From NCBI GenBank assembly GCA_963719085.1, contig CAVRAL010000004.1, positions 64,001 to 128,000 of the forward strand: 64,000 bases of DNA, in the 5' to 3' direction. The notes beneath the pieces are model-generated. The model had not been told where the DNA came from. It saw nothing but the letters and a program-made list of their open reading frames with translations, and searched no databases. Made by a program: the position numbers and the translations under genes. Every line of letters starts with the position of its first letter. Position 1 is the first letter of the stretch. The DNA comes from a candidate division FCPU426 bacterium (GTDB lineage Bacteria > Oederibacteriota > Muellerivitia > Muellerivitales > Muellerivitaceae). Positions 11,348-20,900 of this stretch are shown one piece after another.

Positions 11348-12496
11348 ATGAAAATTTTGGTCGCGCCCGATAAATTCAAAAACGTCAACAGCTCCCAAAA
11401 AATGGCCGAGCTTATCCGAAACGCGATCCAAAAAGAGCTTCCCGAAGTCATCATCCGCCTCTGCCCCTTGGCCGACGGCGGCGAGGGAACGCTCAACGCC
11501 ATCGTTTATTCGCTCAAAGGTAAAATTGTTTCCGCCCCGACGTTTAACCCCCTGATGAAACCCATTCAAGCCACTTACGGCCTCACCCAATTGCCCGAAA
11601 AAAATTCCGCCCTGATTGAGATGGCCTTGGCGTCCGGTCTTTCCCTATTGGCGCCGGAAGACCGCAGGCCCTTGAACACCACCACCTTCGGCACCGGCAA
11701 ATTGGTGGCCGAGGCCTTCGGACAAGGCGCCACCGTTGTCCGCATCGCCTTGGGCGGCACTTCCACCGTGGACGGAGGCGCCGGTTTCTTGCAGGCCTTG
11801 GGCGTCGAGCTCATCACCAAATCCGGACCCTTGATGTCAGGCGCCTCGGGAAAAAACCTGTCCCAAATAACGGCGGTCGATTTCGCGCCTTGCCGGAAGC
11901 TGATGGAAAACAAAACCTTGATCGGTTTGACCGACGTCCAATCTCAATTATTGGGGCCTCAGGGCGCGGCCCGGCTTTACGCCCCGCAAAAAGGCGCTTC
12001 GCCCTCGGATGTTGAGGAATTAGAAAAAGGGCTGGCGCACTTCTCTAAAATTTTATCCGCTTCCTTCGGTTATCCCTTGGCCGAGCAAGCCGGCACCGGC
12101 GCCGCCGGCGGCTTGGGACTGGCGATTTTGGCCTTAGGAGGGAAACTGGAAAACGGATTTGATTTCGTGGCCCAAACGCTGCACCTGGAAAGCCAGATCA
12201 AGGATTGCGATCTCATTTTGACCGGCGAGGGCCGGTTGGATGAATCCAGCCGCCAAGGCAAGGTCCCGGTCGGCGTGGCCCGGCTAGCCAAGGCCCAAGG
12301 CAAGCCCTGTGTGGCGATCGTAGGGGCTCTTGACGCCAATCTTCCCTGGCTGAAAGAAGAGGGCTTATCCAAGGTCATGCCCTTCTTCGATTCCCCCTTC
12401 ACCGCGCCGGACGATCCCCGCAAGGAACAGGTTCCCCAGAAAATATCCGAGGTCATCAAGACACTTTTTAGCGGAGCCCAGCGTATCTATTCCTGA
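11348..12496 (+). CDS. glxK: Glycerate kinase (GlxK/GarK family)
   Basis: MKILVAPDKFK, PLADGGEGT, PQKGA, GAAGGLG, TGEGRLD. Start ATG 11348. Confidence 0.92.
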   Translation: MKILVAPDKFKNVNSSQKMAELIRNAIQKELPEVIIRLCPLADGGEGTLNAIVYSLKGKIVSAPTFNPLMKPIQATYGLTQLPEKNSALIEMALASGLSLLAPEDRRPLNTTTFGTGKLVAEAFGQGATVVRIALGGTSTVDGGAGFLQALGVELITKSGPLMSGASGKNLSQITAVDFAPCRKLMENKTLIGLTDVQSQLLGPQGAARLYAPQKGASPSDVEELEKGLAHFSKILSASFGYPLAEQAGTGAAGGLGLAILALGGKLENGFDFVAQTLHLESQIKDCDLILTGEGRLDESSRQGKVPVGVARLAKAQGKPCVAIVGALDANLPWLKEEGLSKVMPFFDSPFTAPDDPRKEQVPQKISEVIKTLFSGAQRIYS

Positions 12497-12551
12497 GACG
12501 CCTGGAGAAGCGTATCCAAGGGCGTAAAATACTCGGGGAGGCTACGCGCCC

Positions 12552-13331
12552 ATGAATAAAAACTTTCAATGGATTGTCGGCCTCTCCATGGCCACCCCCC
12601 TCGCGGCGGCAACCCCCGCTCCCACTCATTTCAACCTGACAACCGCTGTGGGTCAAAGCGCTCCTGTGGTTTTAGAGCTATTTACTTCCCAAGGCTGTTC
12701 CAGCTGTCCGCCGGCCGAAAGTCTTTTAAATACATGGGGTTTGGAACTTTTTCAAAAGGGCAAACTTCTGCCCCTGGCCTTTCACGTGGACTATTGGAAC
12801 AACCTGGGCTGGACGGACCCCTTTTCCTTGGCCGACTTCACCGCCCGGCAAAATGCCTATGTGCCCGTCTTAGGGATGAATTCCCTCTATACGCCGCAAG
12901 CGGTTCTCGGAGGCCAAGCGGACGCCGTCGGCAGTGACGCCAAAACAATTCAAAATCGTTTTCAAGCCTTGGCGACAGCGCAAGCTTCCACTGGACTTTC
13001 TTTGGCCGCCGCCCGCAAAGGCTCTCAGGTGGAGCTCGAAATAAAAACAACCGGAACGGGAATACCGGGAAGCGATTGGACTTTGAATGTCGCCCTTTTC
13101 GAGAACGGTTTAACCACATCCGTGGCCCGGGGCGAAAACGGCGGGCGGACTTTATCAGAGAACTTTGTGGTGAGATCTTTTAGCCGGCTTTATCCCGTTA
13201 ATGCCAATCAGAAATTTGAGATTCCTTGGGACCCATCTTGGAAAAAAGGATCGGTGGGAGCGGCCGTTTATTTACAAGATCGCCGAAGCCTTCGAATCGA
13301 TTCTTCCGCCGCGGTTTATCCGATTCCATAA
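12552..13331 (+). CDS. Secreted DUF1223 thioredoxin-like protein
   Basis: VVLELFTSQGCSSCPPAE, FHVDYW..LGW.DPF, YTPQ, RGENGGR. Confidence 0.92.
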   Translation: MNKNFQWIVGLSMATPLAAATPAPTHFNLTTAVGQSAPVVLELFTSQGCSSCPPAESLLNTWGLELFQKGKLLPLAFHVDYWNNLGWTDPFSLADFTARQNAYVPVLGMNSLYTPQAVLGGQADAVGSDAKTIQNRFQALATAQASTGLSLAAARKGSQVELEIKTTGTGIPGSDWTLNVALFENGLTTSVARGENGGRTLSENFVVRSFSRLYPVNANQKFEIPWDPSWKKGSVGAAVYLQDRRSLRIDSSAAVYPIP

Positions 13332-13336
13332 GCGAA

Positions 13337-13543
13337 TCAGGCCTTGTTTCTTTTCTCTTGTTTTATGATTTGATAAATAATAAACCCCGCCAAAAGCGCC
13401 ACGGTTCCCAGCATCAAAAATATGGTCGCGTTGATTCCCAAGGTGAAACCTCGGCTGTTTTGGCTTAGGTTTCCCGCGCAAAAGGGACAGGCCTGAAGCG
13501 GCGCGGCGGCGAGAAACAGAAGACCCATTAATTTTTTGGTCAT
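13337..13543 (-). CDS. Small membrane protein with CPxC motif, last gene of the cox operon
   Basis: Signal-like N-terminus, ACPFC, one TM helix, basic tail. Confidence 0.7.
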   Translation of the reverse strand: MTKKLMGLLFLAAAPLQACPFCAGNLSQNSRGFTLGINATIFLMLGTVALLAGFIIYQIIKQEKRNKA

Positions 13544-13559
13544 GTCCGGCTTCCCACCG

Positions 13560-14132
13560 CTACAGCAAATAGAAAAATAAAAGAATAAAAATCCAAACCA
13601 CCGCCAAAAGGTACCAATAGAGGCCCATCACCTCTAATGGGCTGTGGAAATCCCGGTTAAAATCCCCTCGGCGGGCACGCCACCCCAAAACCAGTAGGAC
13701 CGCGATCCCGATCAAGACATGAAGCCCCTCGAAACCGGTCAGCGTGTAGTAACAGCCGAAAAATAGATTGGTTGAGGGAAGTTTCCCGTTTCGAATTTCC
13801 TGGGCGTATTCCATTAGTTTCAAAACCAGAAAAAGGGTTCCCGCCCCGGCCGTCATGAATAGACGAACCCCCGCCGCCCTTGACTCGCCATCGTTTCCCT
13901 TTTGAACCGCGCGGGCCATCCAGAAAACGCTTAAGGCTAGAACAGCGCTGTTCACCAAGGCCAGGGTCAACGGCAAGGGCCGGGGATTTAAAAGTTCAGG
14001 ATGGGCGAAACGCATGATGAGCGTCATGGCGAAAAAAGCCATGAAGAACATGGCTTCCGAAGCCAGAAACAGCCACATCCCAAAAGCCACCATTTCTTTC
14101 CGTTCGGCGGACTCGATCCGGGCTGAGTTCAT
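13560..14132 (-). CDS. ctaE: Cytochrome c oxidase subunit III
   Basis: GMWLFLASE.MFF, YYTLTGF.GLHV, GLYW. ATGA overlap with subunit I. Confidence 0.92.
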   Translation of the reverse strand: MNSARIESAERKEMVAFGMWLFLASEAMFFMAFFAMTLIMRFAHPELLNPRPLPLTLALVNSAVLALSVFWMARAVQKGNDGESRAAGVRLFMTAGAGTLFLVLKLMEYAQEIRNGKLPSTNLFFGCYYTLTGFEGLHVLIGIAVLLVLGWRARRGDFNRDFHSPLEVMGLYWYLLAVVWIFILLFFYLL

Positions 14133-15928
14133 GACTGACCTTCCTTTCCGGCGGAAGCCGCCGGAGGTTTTTCATCTTGAGCGATCCAGTCACGGCCCGT
14201 CAATTCGGCCTCATGGGAGCTGTACTCGTAGGGGCCCCGGTAAACTATGGGAATCCGGTCAAAATTATGAAAAGGCGCGGGCGAGGGGATGGTCCATTCC
14301 AGTCCATTGCCGTTCCACGGATTGGCCGGCGCTTTTTCGCCTTTTTTAAGGCTGAGGATTAAATTAATCAAAAATAAGAACTGCGCCGCCCCCAAAACAA
14401 AAGCCGACAAGGTGATAAAAACATTCAAGTGCTGGAGCGGCTGCAAATATTGGTATTCGGTGGAGGTAGCCAGACGCCGCATTTCGCCGCCTTCGCCCAA
14501 AAGATGCATGGGGAAAAAAGTGCAGTTGAACGCCGCCAAGGACAAAACCCAATGGGCCAAACCAAGCTTGTGGCTCATCCATCTTCCGGTCATTTTGGGA
14601 AACCAGTAGTGAATGGCGCCAAAGGACGCGAAAAGCGATCCCCCGAAAACCACGTAATGAAAATGGGCGATGATGTAGTAAGTGTCGTGGATATAGACAT
14701 CCACCGGCGTGGCCGCCATGAAAATGCCGCTGAGCCCCCCCACGATGAACATGGAAACAAAGGATAGGGCGTAAAGCATGGGCAGCGTCAGGTGGATGTT
14801 CCCCCGCCAAAGCGTGCCCAGCCAGTTGAAAACCTTCACCCCCGAGGGAACGGCGATCATCAGCGTCGTCATCATGAACCCCGCGCCCATGGCCGAGCTC
14901 ATCCCGGAAACGAACATGTGATGGCCCCAAACCACGAAACCTAATCCCATAATGGAAACCATGGCGGCCACCATGGCGTTATATCCAAAAAGCGGTTTTC
15001 GGGCGAAGGTGGAGATAAGGTCCGAGACAATTCCCATGGCCGGAAGCACCAAAATATAAACCGCCGGATGGGAATAAAACCAAAAGAGATGCTGCCAAAG
15101 CAAAGGATGGCCCCCGCCCCCGCCGCCAATCAGCTGGTCGTTGCTGTCATGAAGCCCCGTGGGCAGGAAAAAACTGGTCCCGAAAATTTTGTCCATGAAC
15201 ATCAGGCTGACCGCGGCGGCCAGAACCGGCGTGGCGAGAACCTGAAAAAAAGCGGTCACCAACTGGGACCAGGTGGTCATGGGCAGGCGCCCCCAAGTGA
15301 GGCCCGGCGCCCGCATCTTCACGATGGTGGTTAAAAAATTAAGCCCCGAAAGGCTGGAAGAAAAACCGGTAAGAAAAATCCCGATCAGCCAAAAAACCTG
15401 TCCCGAACCAGAACCCGGCGTGGCGGTGGGGACCTCACTTAAAGGCGCGTAAGCGGTCCATCCGGCTTCCGAGGCGCCATTGGCCAGAAAAAATGAGGAT
15501 AAAAGGACTAAGCCGCCGGCCAGATAAATCCAATAGGAAAGCGCGTTTAAAAAAGGAAAGGCCATATCCCGGGCGCCCACTTGGAGCGGAATAAGAAAAT
15601 TGCCGAACCCGCCGGTTAAAAGCGGAATCATCACGAGAAAAACCATCAGGGTGCCATGCATGGTGGTGAGTTGCAGATAGCCTTGGGGTGAAATCCGCCC
15701 CGCCGAATCAAAGAAAAAGTGGTTTTGAAACAAGGCGCCCAATCCCGGAACGGGTGAACCGGGAAAAGCCAGCTGCCAACGGATCAGCATAGCCAAAAGA
15801 CCCCCAAGCGCCATAAAAAAGCCCACGGTCAAGAAATACTGATAAGCCACCACCTTATGGTCGGAAGGCCAGAGATATTTATGGATAAAATCCTTGGGCG
15901 CCATCGGCAGCCCTTCCCCGTCGATCAT
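14129..15928 (-). CDS. ctaD: Cytochrome c oxidase subunit I (A2 type)
   Basis: TMHGT, GWTAY.PL, FWFYSHPAVYI (YS motif), VWGHHMF, HDTYYIIAHFHY, MRR. Confidence 0.96.
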   Translation of the reverse strand: MIDGEGLPMAPKDFIHKYLWPSDHKVVAYQYFLTVGFFMALGGLLAMLIRWQLAFPGSPVPGLGALFQNHFFFDSAGRISPQGYLQLTTMHGTLMVFLVMIPLLTGGFGNFLIPLQVGARDMAFPFLNALSYWIYLAGGLVLLSSFFLANGASEAGWTAYAPLSEVPTATPGSGSGQVFWLIGIFLTGFSSSLSGLNFLTTIVKMRAPGLTWGRLPMTTWSQLVTAFFQVLATPVLAAAVSLMFMDKIFGTSFFLPTGLHDSNDQLIGGGGGGHPLLWQHLFWFYSHPAVYILVLPAMGIVSDLISTFARKPLFGYNAMVAAMVSIMGLGFVVWGHHMFVSGMSSAMGAGFMMTTLMIAVPSGVKVFNWLGTLWRGNIHLTLPMLYALSFVSMFIVGGLSGIFMAATPVDVYIHDTYYIIAHFHYVVFGGSLFASFGAIHYWFPKMTGRWMSHKLGLAHWVLSLAAFNCTFFPMHLLGEGGEMRRLATSTEYQYLQPLQHLNVFITLSAFVLGAAQFLFLINLILSLKKGEKAPANPWNGNGLEWTIPSPAPFHNFDRIPIVYRGPYEYSSHEAELTGRDWIAQDEKPPAASAGKEGQS

Positions 15929-15944
15929 GTCGTCTTTCTCCTAG

Positions 15945-16982
15945 TCAAGGCGCGTTAAATTGCGGGTAATATTTGTCCCAAATTTCGGTCCACTTTTCGG
16001 CGTCATCCCGTTTTTTTTCCTTCACGGCTTGGTTGAACCAACGGGCATAGGTCTCAGGCGTATCCACGTAAAGATAACCGATCATACGGTAATGGCCGAT
16101 GCCGCAAAGCTGGGAACAAGCGATTTCAATGGGGCACTGGACATAGTCGGCCTCGGCGACGGACTTTTTTTGAATTTTCCCCTCATATAAAATATCAACG
16201 GTTTTCAATCCGGGAAAGGGGGCGTACCGATACGATTTTTCCCCAGTCACGTTTAACTTTTGGGCCGTCAACGCAAAACCTTCCAAGGCCACCTTTTTAT
16301 CCTGTATTTCCTCGGGCGTAAAAAATACCTTTTGCTGTTTTTTCAAATCCCAACAAGCCACCTGGTCTAACTCAAACCAGGTTTTGGAAAGCATGCCGGG
16401 AACAGCGTCTTGTTTTAATCGGGCCTGAGGAATAAACAAACTATGGATGACGTCCTTGGCGCTCTCGTTAATTTGGATATTCTCGCCTGCCCGCACGTGC
16501 ATTTGGTTGACGGTCATGATGTCGTCGGCCGTGCCAAAAAGCCCATCGGGCCCCGCGTAGCGAAAATGCCAGGCGAATTGCTCGGCGAAGACCTGGATGG
16601 TTTGGGAATGGGCGGTGACCGGCATGGGCCCCCGCATAAAATCCCAGAGTTTTTTTTGGTAAAAATAAAGGCCGGACAAGATGACGATCGGGATGAGGGT
16701 CCATATCCATTCGGCGGCGGGATGGCCATTGCTGTAGAGGGCTTTACGGCCTGGTTTTTTCCGAAAAAGAAAAACGAACAATAAAAGGGCGCCTTGGGTC
16801 GCGAGGAAAAGAACCGTGACCAGCCAAAAGAGGGACTCATAAAGGGAGTCCACCTGCCCCCCATAAGTCGAATTGAGGTTGGGGACGAGGGTGCCAAAAC
16901 TCAACGCGGCCAACGCTTTTAAAGGAAAAAAGAAAGGAGCCGCCGTTAAAAACGCGAGCGCCCTTATTCTTTTTTTAAGCAA
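15945..16982 (-). CDS. ctaC: Cytochrome c oxidase subunit II
   Basis: EWIWTLIP, QFAWHFRY, DVIHS, KQDAVPG, CuA motif CSQLCGIGHYRM. Confidence 0.93.
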   Translation of the reverse strand: MLKKRIRALAFLTAAPFFFPLKALAALSFGTLVPNLNSTYGGQVDSLYESLFWLVTVLFLATQGALLLFVFLFRKKPGRKALYSNGHPAAEWIWTLIPIVILSGLYFYQKKLWDFMRGPMPVTAHSQTIQVFAEQFAWHFRYAGPDGLFGTADDIMTVNQMHVRAGENIQINESAKDVIHSLFIPQARLKQDAVPGMLSKTWFELDQVACWDLKKQQKVFFTPEEIQDKKVALEGFALTAQKLNVTGEKSYRYAPFPGLKTVDILYEGKIQKKSVAEADYVQCPIEIACSQLCGIGHYRMIGYLYVDTPETYARWFNQAVKEKKRDDAEKWTEIWDKYYPQFNAP

Positions 16983-17053
16983 GATGGGTCTCCCTGGGGC
17001 TGAAAAAAGAAGGCCTTACTTTAATCAGAAGAGTGGGCCGGGTCAACCGAGGG

Positions 17054-17653
17054 TTAAAGAAGGTTCCAGATCCATCCGGAAACCAGCCAACCGACCGAGA
17101 TAAAAACCAGGCCGGACGGGACCAAACAGGCCAAAAACTTGGAAGCCAGTTGAAAAGTCACGGGCGAAGGGTAAAAAATTTGGCTTCCCCATCCATCCAC
17201 CAGGCAAAAGCAATAACGGCAAAGATAAGTGACGAAAAAACCGAATCGAAAGGACACCGGCGTGAACCGAAAGGTTTGCTTTTGAAGGCATTGGGGGCAG
17301 AAAAAATGGCGGACTCCCGGAAGCAAATCCACTAATTTGGCCGGCCAGAAAACCCGTATATATAGGAAGAGAACCCCTTTCACTAGAAACGCCAGGGTTA
17401 CTTCTAAAATCGAGGCGTTTAAAAGCCAATCCCGATAAACCGGCCAGGCCCGCGCGAGAAGTCCCAAAATAGCGATCCAAGCCAAAAGCTTTAAGCTGTG
17501 CCGGATCCAATGGCGGATGTTGATTTTGAGGACTCCCCGCGCGTCCGTCTCCAGGCAATAGAGTCCAAAAACCCAGCTGAGAATTCCCAGCGTGTAGCCT
17601 AATAGAATTTGAAATGTTTTTAATGGAAATGACTTTTTAGCCGGACGGCTCAT
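17054..17653 (-). CDS. Hypothetical membrane protein with CxxC...CxxC (zinc-ribbon-like)
   Basis: Several hydrophobic helices; CPQC and CRYC. SD AGGA. Confidence 0.65.
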   Translation of the reverse strand: MSRPAKKSFPLKTFQILLGYTLGILSWVFGLYCLETDARGVLKINIRHWIRHSLKLLAWIAILGLLARAWPVYRDWLLNASILEVTLAFLVKGVLFLYIRVFWPAKLVDLLPGVRHFFCPQCLQKQTFRFTPVSFRFGFFVTYLCRYCFCLVDGWGSQIFYPSPVTFQLASKFLACLVPSGLVFISVGWLVSGWIWNLL

Positions 17654-17906
17654 GCTTTTCCTAGTTAAATTTCGATGATGACCACGCGAAAATCCTGTTG
17701 AATGAACGGTTTATTATCCCAGAAAAGAAACAAAGGACCAAATAAATAAGGCTGGATGGACCGACAAACAAAAACACTCATTTGTTCGTCCGCCTAAACC
17801 ATGAACCGGTTCACAAGCTTTATAAATGCATGAGCCGATGGGTTTCGAAATAAAGCGGAAGGGTCAAAACCAATAACGAAAAACCCGATTTTGAGGGGTT
17901 ACCCCA

Positions 17907-17991
17907 GTCAAACTTCAATGCAGAATCGCGATCTTGAGGGTTTGGCGCCTGTCAAACTTCAGTGAAGAATCGCGATCTTGAGAGTTTGGCG
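17907..17991 (-). repeat. Tandem 41-bp duplication (44-bp period) of the 3' end of the 1866-aa gene
   Basis: 17907-17947 vs 17951-17991: 38/41 identical; both read [18 protein letters not shown]. Confidence 0.92.
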
Positions 17992-20900
17992 GGCGATCAA
18001 TTCGTTTCCCGACTTCAGTTCCACCACGCCGATATACATGCCGCTGGCGATGTTGATGCCGGCCAGGTTCCAGGTTACTTGGGAAGCGTTTCCAGGATCA
18101 TTGGTCAATCGGATCTTCGTCAATTCCCCCGCCACAGTGTAAAGTTCAATCTCCACGTTATCCACCAAGGGACTGTTCACGTTGATTTTAAACTTGGCCG
18201 TTTGGGTCTGGCTTAAATTAATCGGGTTGGGCTCCAGCAGGGTCTTCCCCGCGGCGCTGCCTGAAGGCGGCAGCACCACGATATCCCAGGTGGTTTCTTG
18301 GGAAGTCGTGTTGGGTTGGGTTGATTTGAGTTCCAAGAAATAGGAGCCGGGCTGCAGGAATTCGCCATTGGCGCCCTGGCCGTCCCAAACAAAACTTCCG
18401 CCCGATCCTAAGGTGATCGTCACACTGGCGCCTGCGGCCCCCGGCTGGTTATAGGATGGGCTCAAAGTTTGCGAGGAAATTTTCACGCCGCCCAACCCAT
18501 AATCTTTCAAGGACAAGGCCGCTACGCCCATCAACGACTCAATTTGAGCCGTATCGAGGCTTTCGACCACTTCACCGGCTCCGTTATAGAGGGTCAAAGA
18601 CAGCGTGCTTTGCGCCAGGTTGACGGTCACATCCTGGGTCACGCTGGTCGTCACCCCAAAGGGATCGGTGCTTTGCACTTTCACGTAATAGGTTCCATTG
18701 TTCACTTTATCGCCCTTGTTATTCGTGGCGTCCCAGCTAGCCAAGGTGACGCCGCCATAGACCAAAGAAGCCACATCTTGGGGTTTTTGAATCACCGATC
18801 CGGTCATGTCAAAACCGGAGAGGGCGAACGAAGACTCAAACGTGGTCAGGGTTTTGACCAGTTCCCCGGCCCCGTTATAAACATCGACATGAACCATGTA
18901 ATCACCGGTGACGGTTAAGGAATTGGAGGCGGAGACCAGGCCCCCCGGATAAGCCAATTGGGCCTGATTCACCACCGGATTAAACTCGCCCGCGAATAGC
19001 CCCAATTTGACTTGATACGTCAAAGTTCCGCTCGCCCCAGCCGGAATCACCGGCAAAGTCCAGGACAAAGTATTCGTCCCAGTGTTATAGACCCCGCCAT
19101 TTGACGCGGATCCGGCCACATAACTTTCAGCCGCCGTAGGTGGAAGATTATCCGTTAAGGTCACATTCAAAACCGAACCCGATCCCATATTGGAGTAAGC
19201 CAGTGAATAAGTGACGGTGTCATCGGCATGACCCGAACTTTCGGAAGCCGTCTTTACCAAGGTCAAGTAAGGCGTCGGAGTCGGGGTCGGCGTAAAGGTA
19301 AAGGTGAAGGTGGGCGTGGGCGTGTAGGTGAAGGTAAAGGTGGGGGTCGGCGTAAAGGTAAAGGTCGGCGTGTAAGTGGCGGTGGGGGTAAGCGTCGGTG
19401 TTGGGGTATGGGTCAAGGTCGGGGTCCGCGTGGGCGTAAAGGTTTCCGTCGGCGTAAAAGTGGTCGTCGGCGTCAAGGTCGGGGTTTTCGTGGGCGTCCA
19501 AGTCGCCGTATTCGTCGCGGTAAAGGTCAAAGTCGGCGTGGGACTTTGGGTCGCGGTCAAGGTCCAGGTCGGAGTAACGGTCAGCGTGGGCGTCAGGGTC
19601 GGCGTCACCGTCAAGGTATTCGTCGGGCTGTTAGTGGCGGTGGGCGTCAAGGTCGATGTCGGGGTCGGCGACTCGGTGGAAGTCAATGTCACCGTAAAGG
19701 TATCGGTGGGTGTCAAGGTCGGTGTTGGAGTGGGCGACAAGGTGGGCGTGTCCGAGGGCGTGGGCGTATCGGAAGCCGTCGGGGTGGACGTGTCGGTATT
19801 GGTATTAGTCACCGTTGGCGTATCCGTAAGGGTGGCGGTCTGAGTCGTGGTAGCTGAAGGCGTGGGGGTCAAAGTTTGAGTCGGCGTATTGGAAGGCGTC
19901 GGGGTTAAGGTCGGAGTCTTGGTTGAGGTCACTGTGGAAGTGGAAGTTGGCGTCGAAGTGTCGGTGGCCGTATTCACCGAGGTATTGGTAGGTGTCGGCG
20001 TCCAAGTCGTTGTGGGAGTTGGGGTCAGCGTATTCGTGGCCGTAGACGTAGGCGAAGCGGTCGGAGTGAGGGTAACCGTTGAGGTTGACGTCCAGCTATT
20101 GGTCACTGTCGGCGTGGGTGTTGCCGTAGCCGTTTCCGTCGCCGTCCAGGTGGGCGTAGGCGTCGGTGTAAAAAGCGGGGTGTGGGTGGGAGTCGGCGTT
20201 GCCGTAGCGGTTGGCGACGCCGTCGGGGTCGAGGTTGGAGTTGGCGTAGGGGTATTTGTTTGGGTCCAAGTCGCCGTTGGAGTTTGAGTGACGGTAGGCG
20301 TATTCGAGGCCGTTGGAGTATCGGACGGGGTGGAGGTGGACGTCGGGGTAAAGGTCGGGGTGGGGGTGAAGAGCGGCGTGTAAGTCTTCGTCGGCGTTGA
20401 TGTGGGCGTCAAAGTAAAAGTGGGAGTCGGTGTCACCGTCGCCGTAGGCGTGGCGGTCGAAGTGGAGGTGAGGGTAAAGGTTAAAGTCGGCGTCAAACTG
20501 GGAGTGGGGGTCGCGGTCAAACTCGGCGTCGGGGTAAGCGTCACGGTTAAAGTCGGGGTCGGCGTCGCTGTAGCCGTTAGCGAGGCCGTGGGTGTAAAGG
20601 TCAAGGTTTTGGTTGGAGTGGCGGTAGGCGTCGGCGTAAAGATAGACGTTTGAGTGGGTGTGGCTGTAGACGTAGGCGATGCCGTAGCCGTAGGCGAGGC
20701 AGTCAAAGTCGGGGTAGATGAATTGGTGGGCGTCAAAGTGGGTGTTGGACTGTTGGTGGGCGTCGGGGTCGGACTGTTAGTCAGGGTATTGGTGGGGGTC
20801 GCCGTTGGTGTCTTCGTCGGCGTTGAGGTTGGAGTCGGCGTCGCCGTAGGGCTATTGGTGGGGGTATTGGTTGCCGTAGGCGTGGGTGTATTCGTCGGTG

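Noticed and set aside
17907..17991. Duplicated gene end as a DGR template/variable repeat pair
   Set aside because: Only 41 bp, differences are not adenine-specific, and no reverse transcriptase is in the window.
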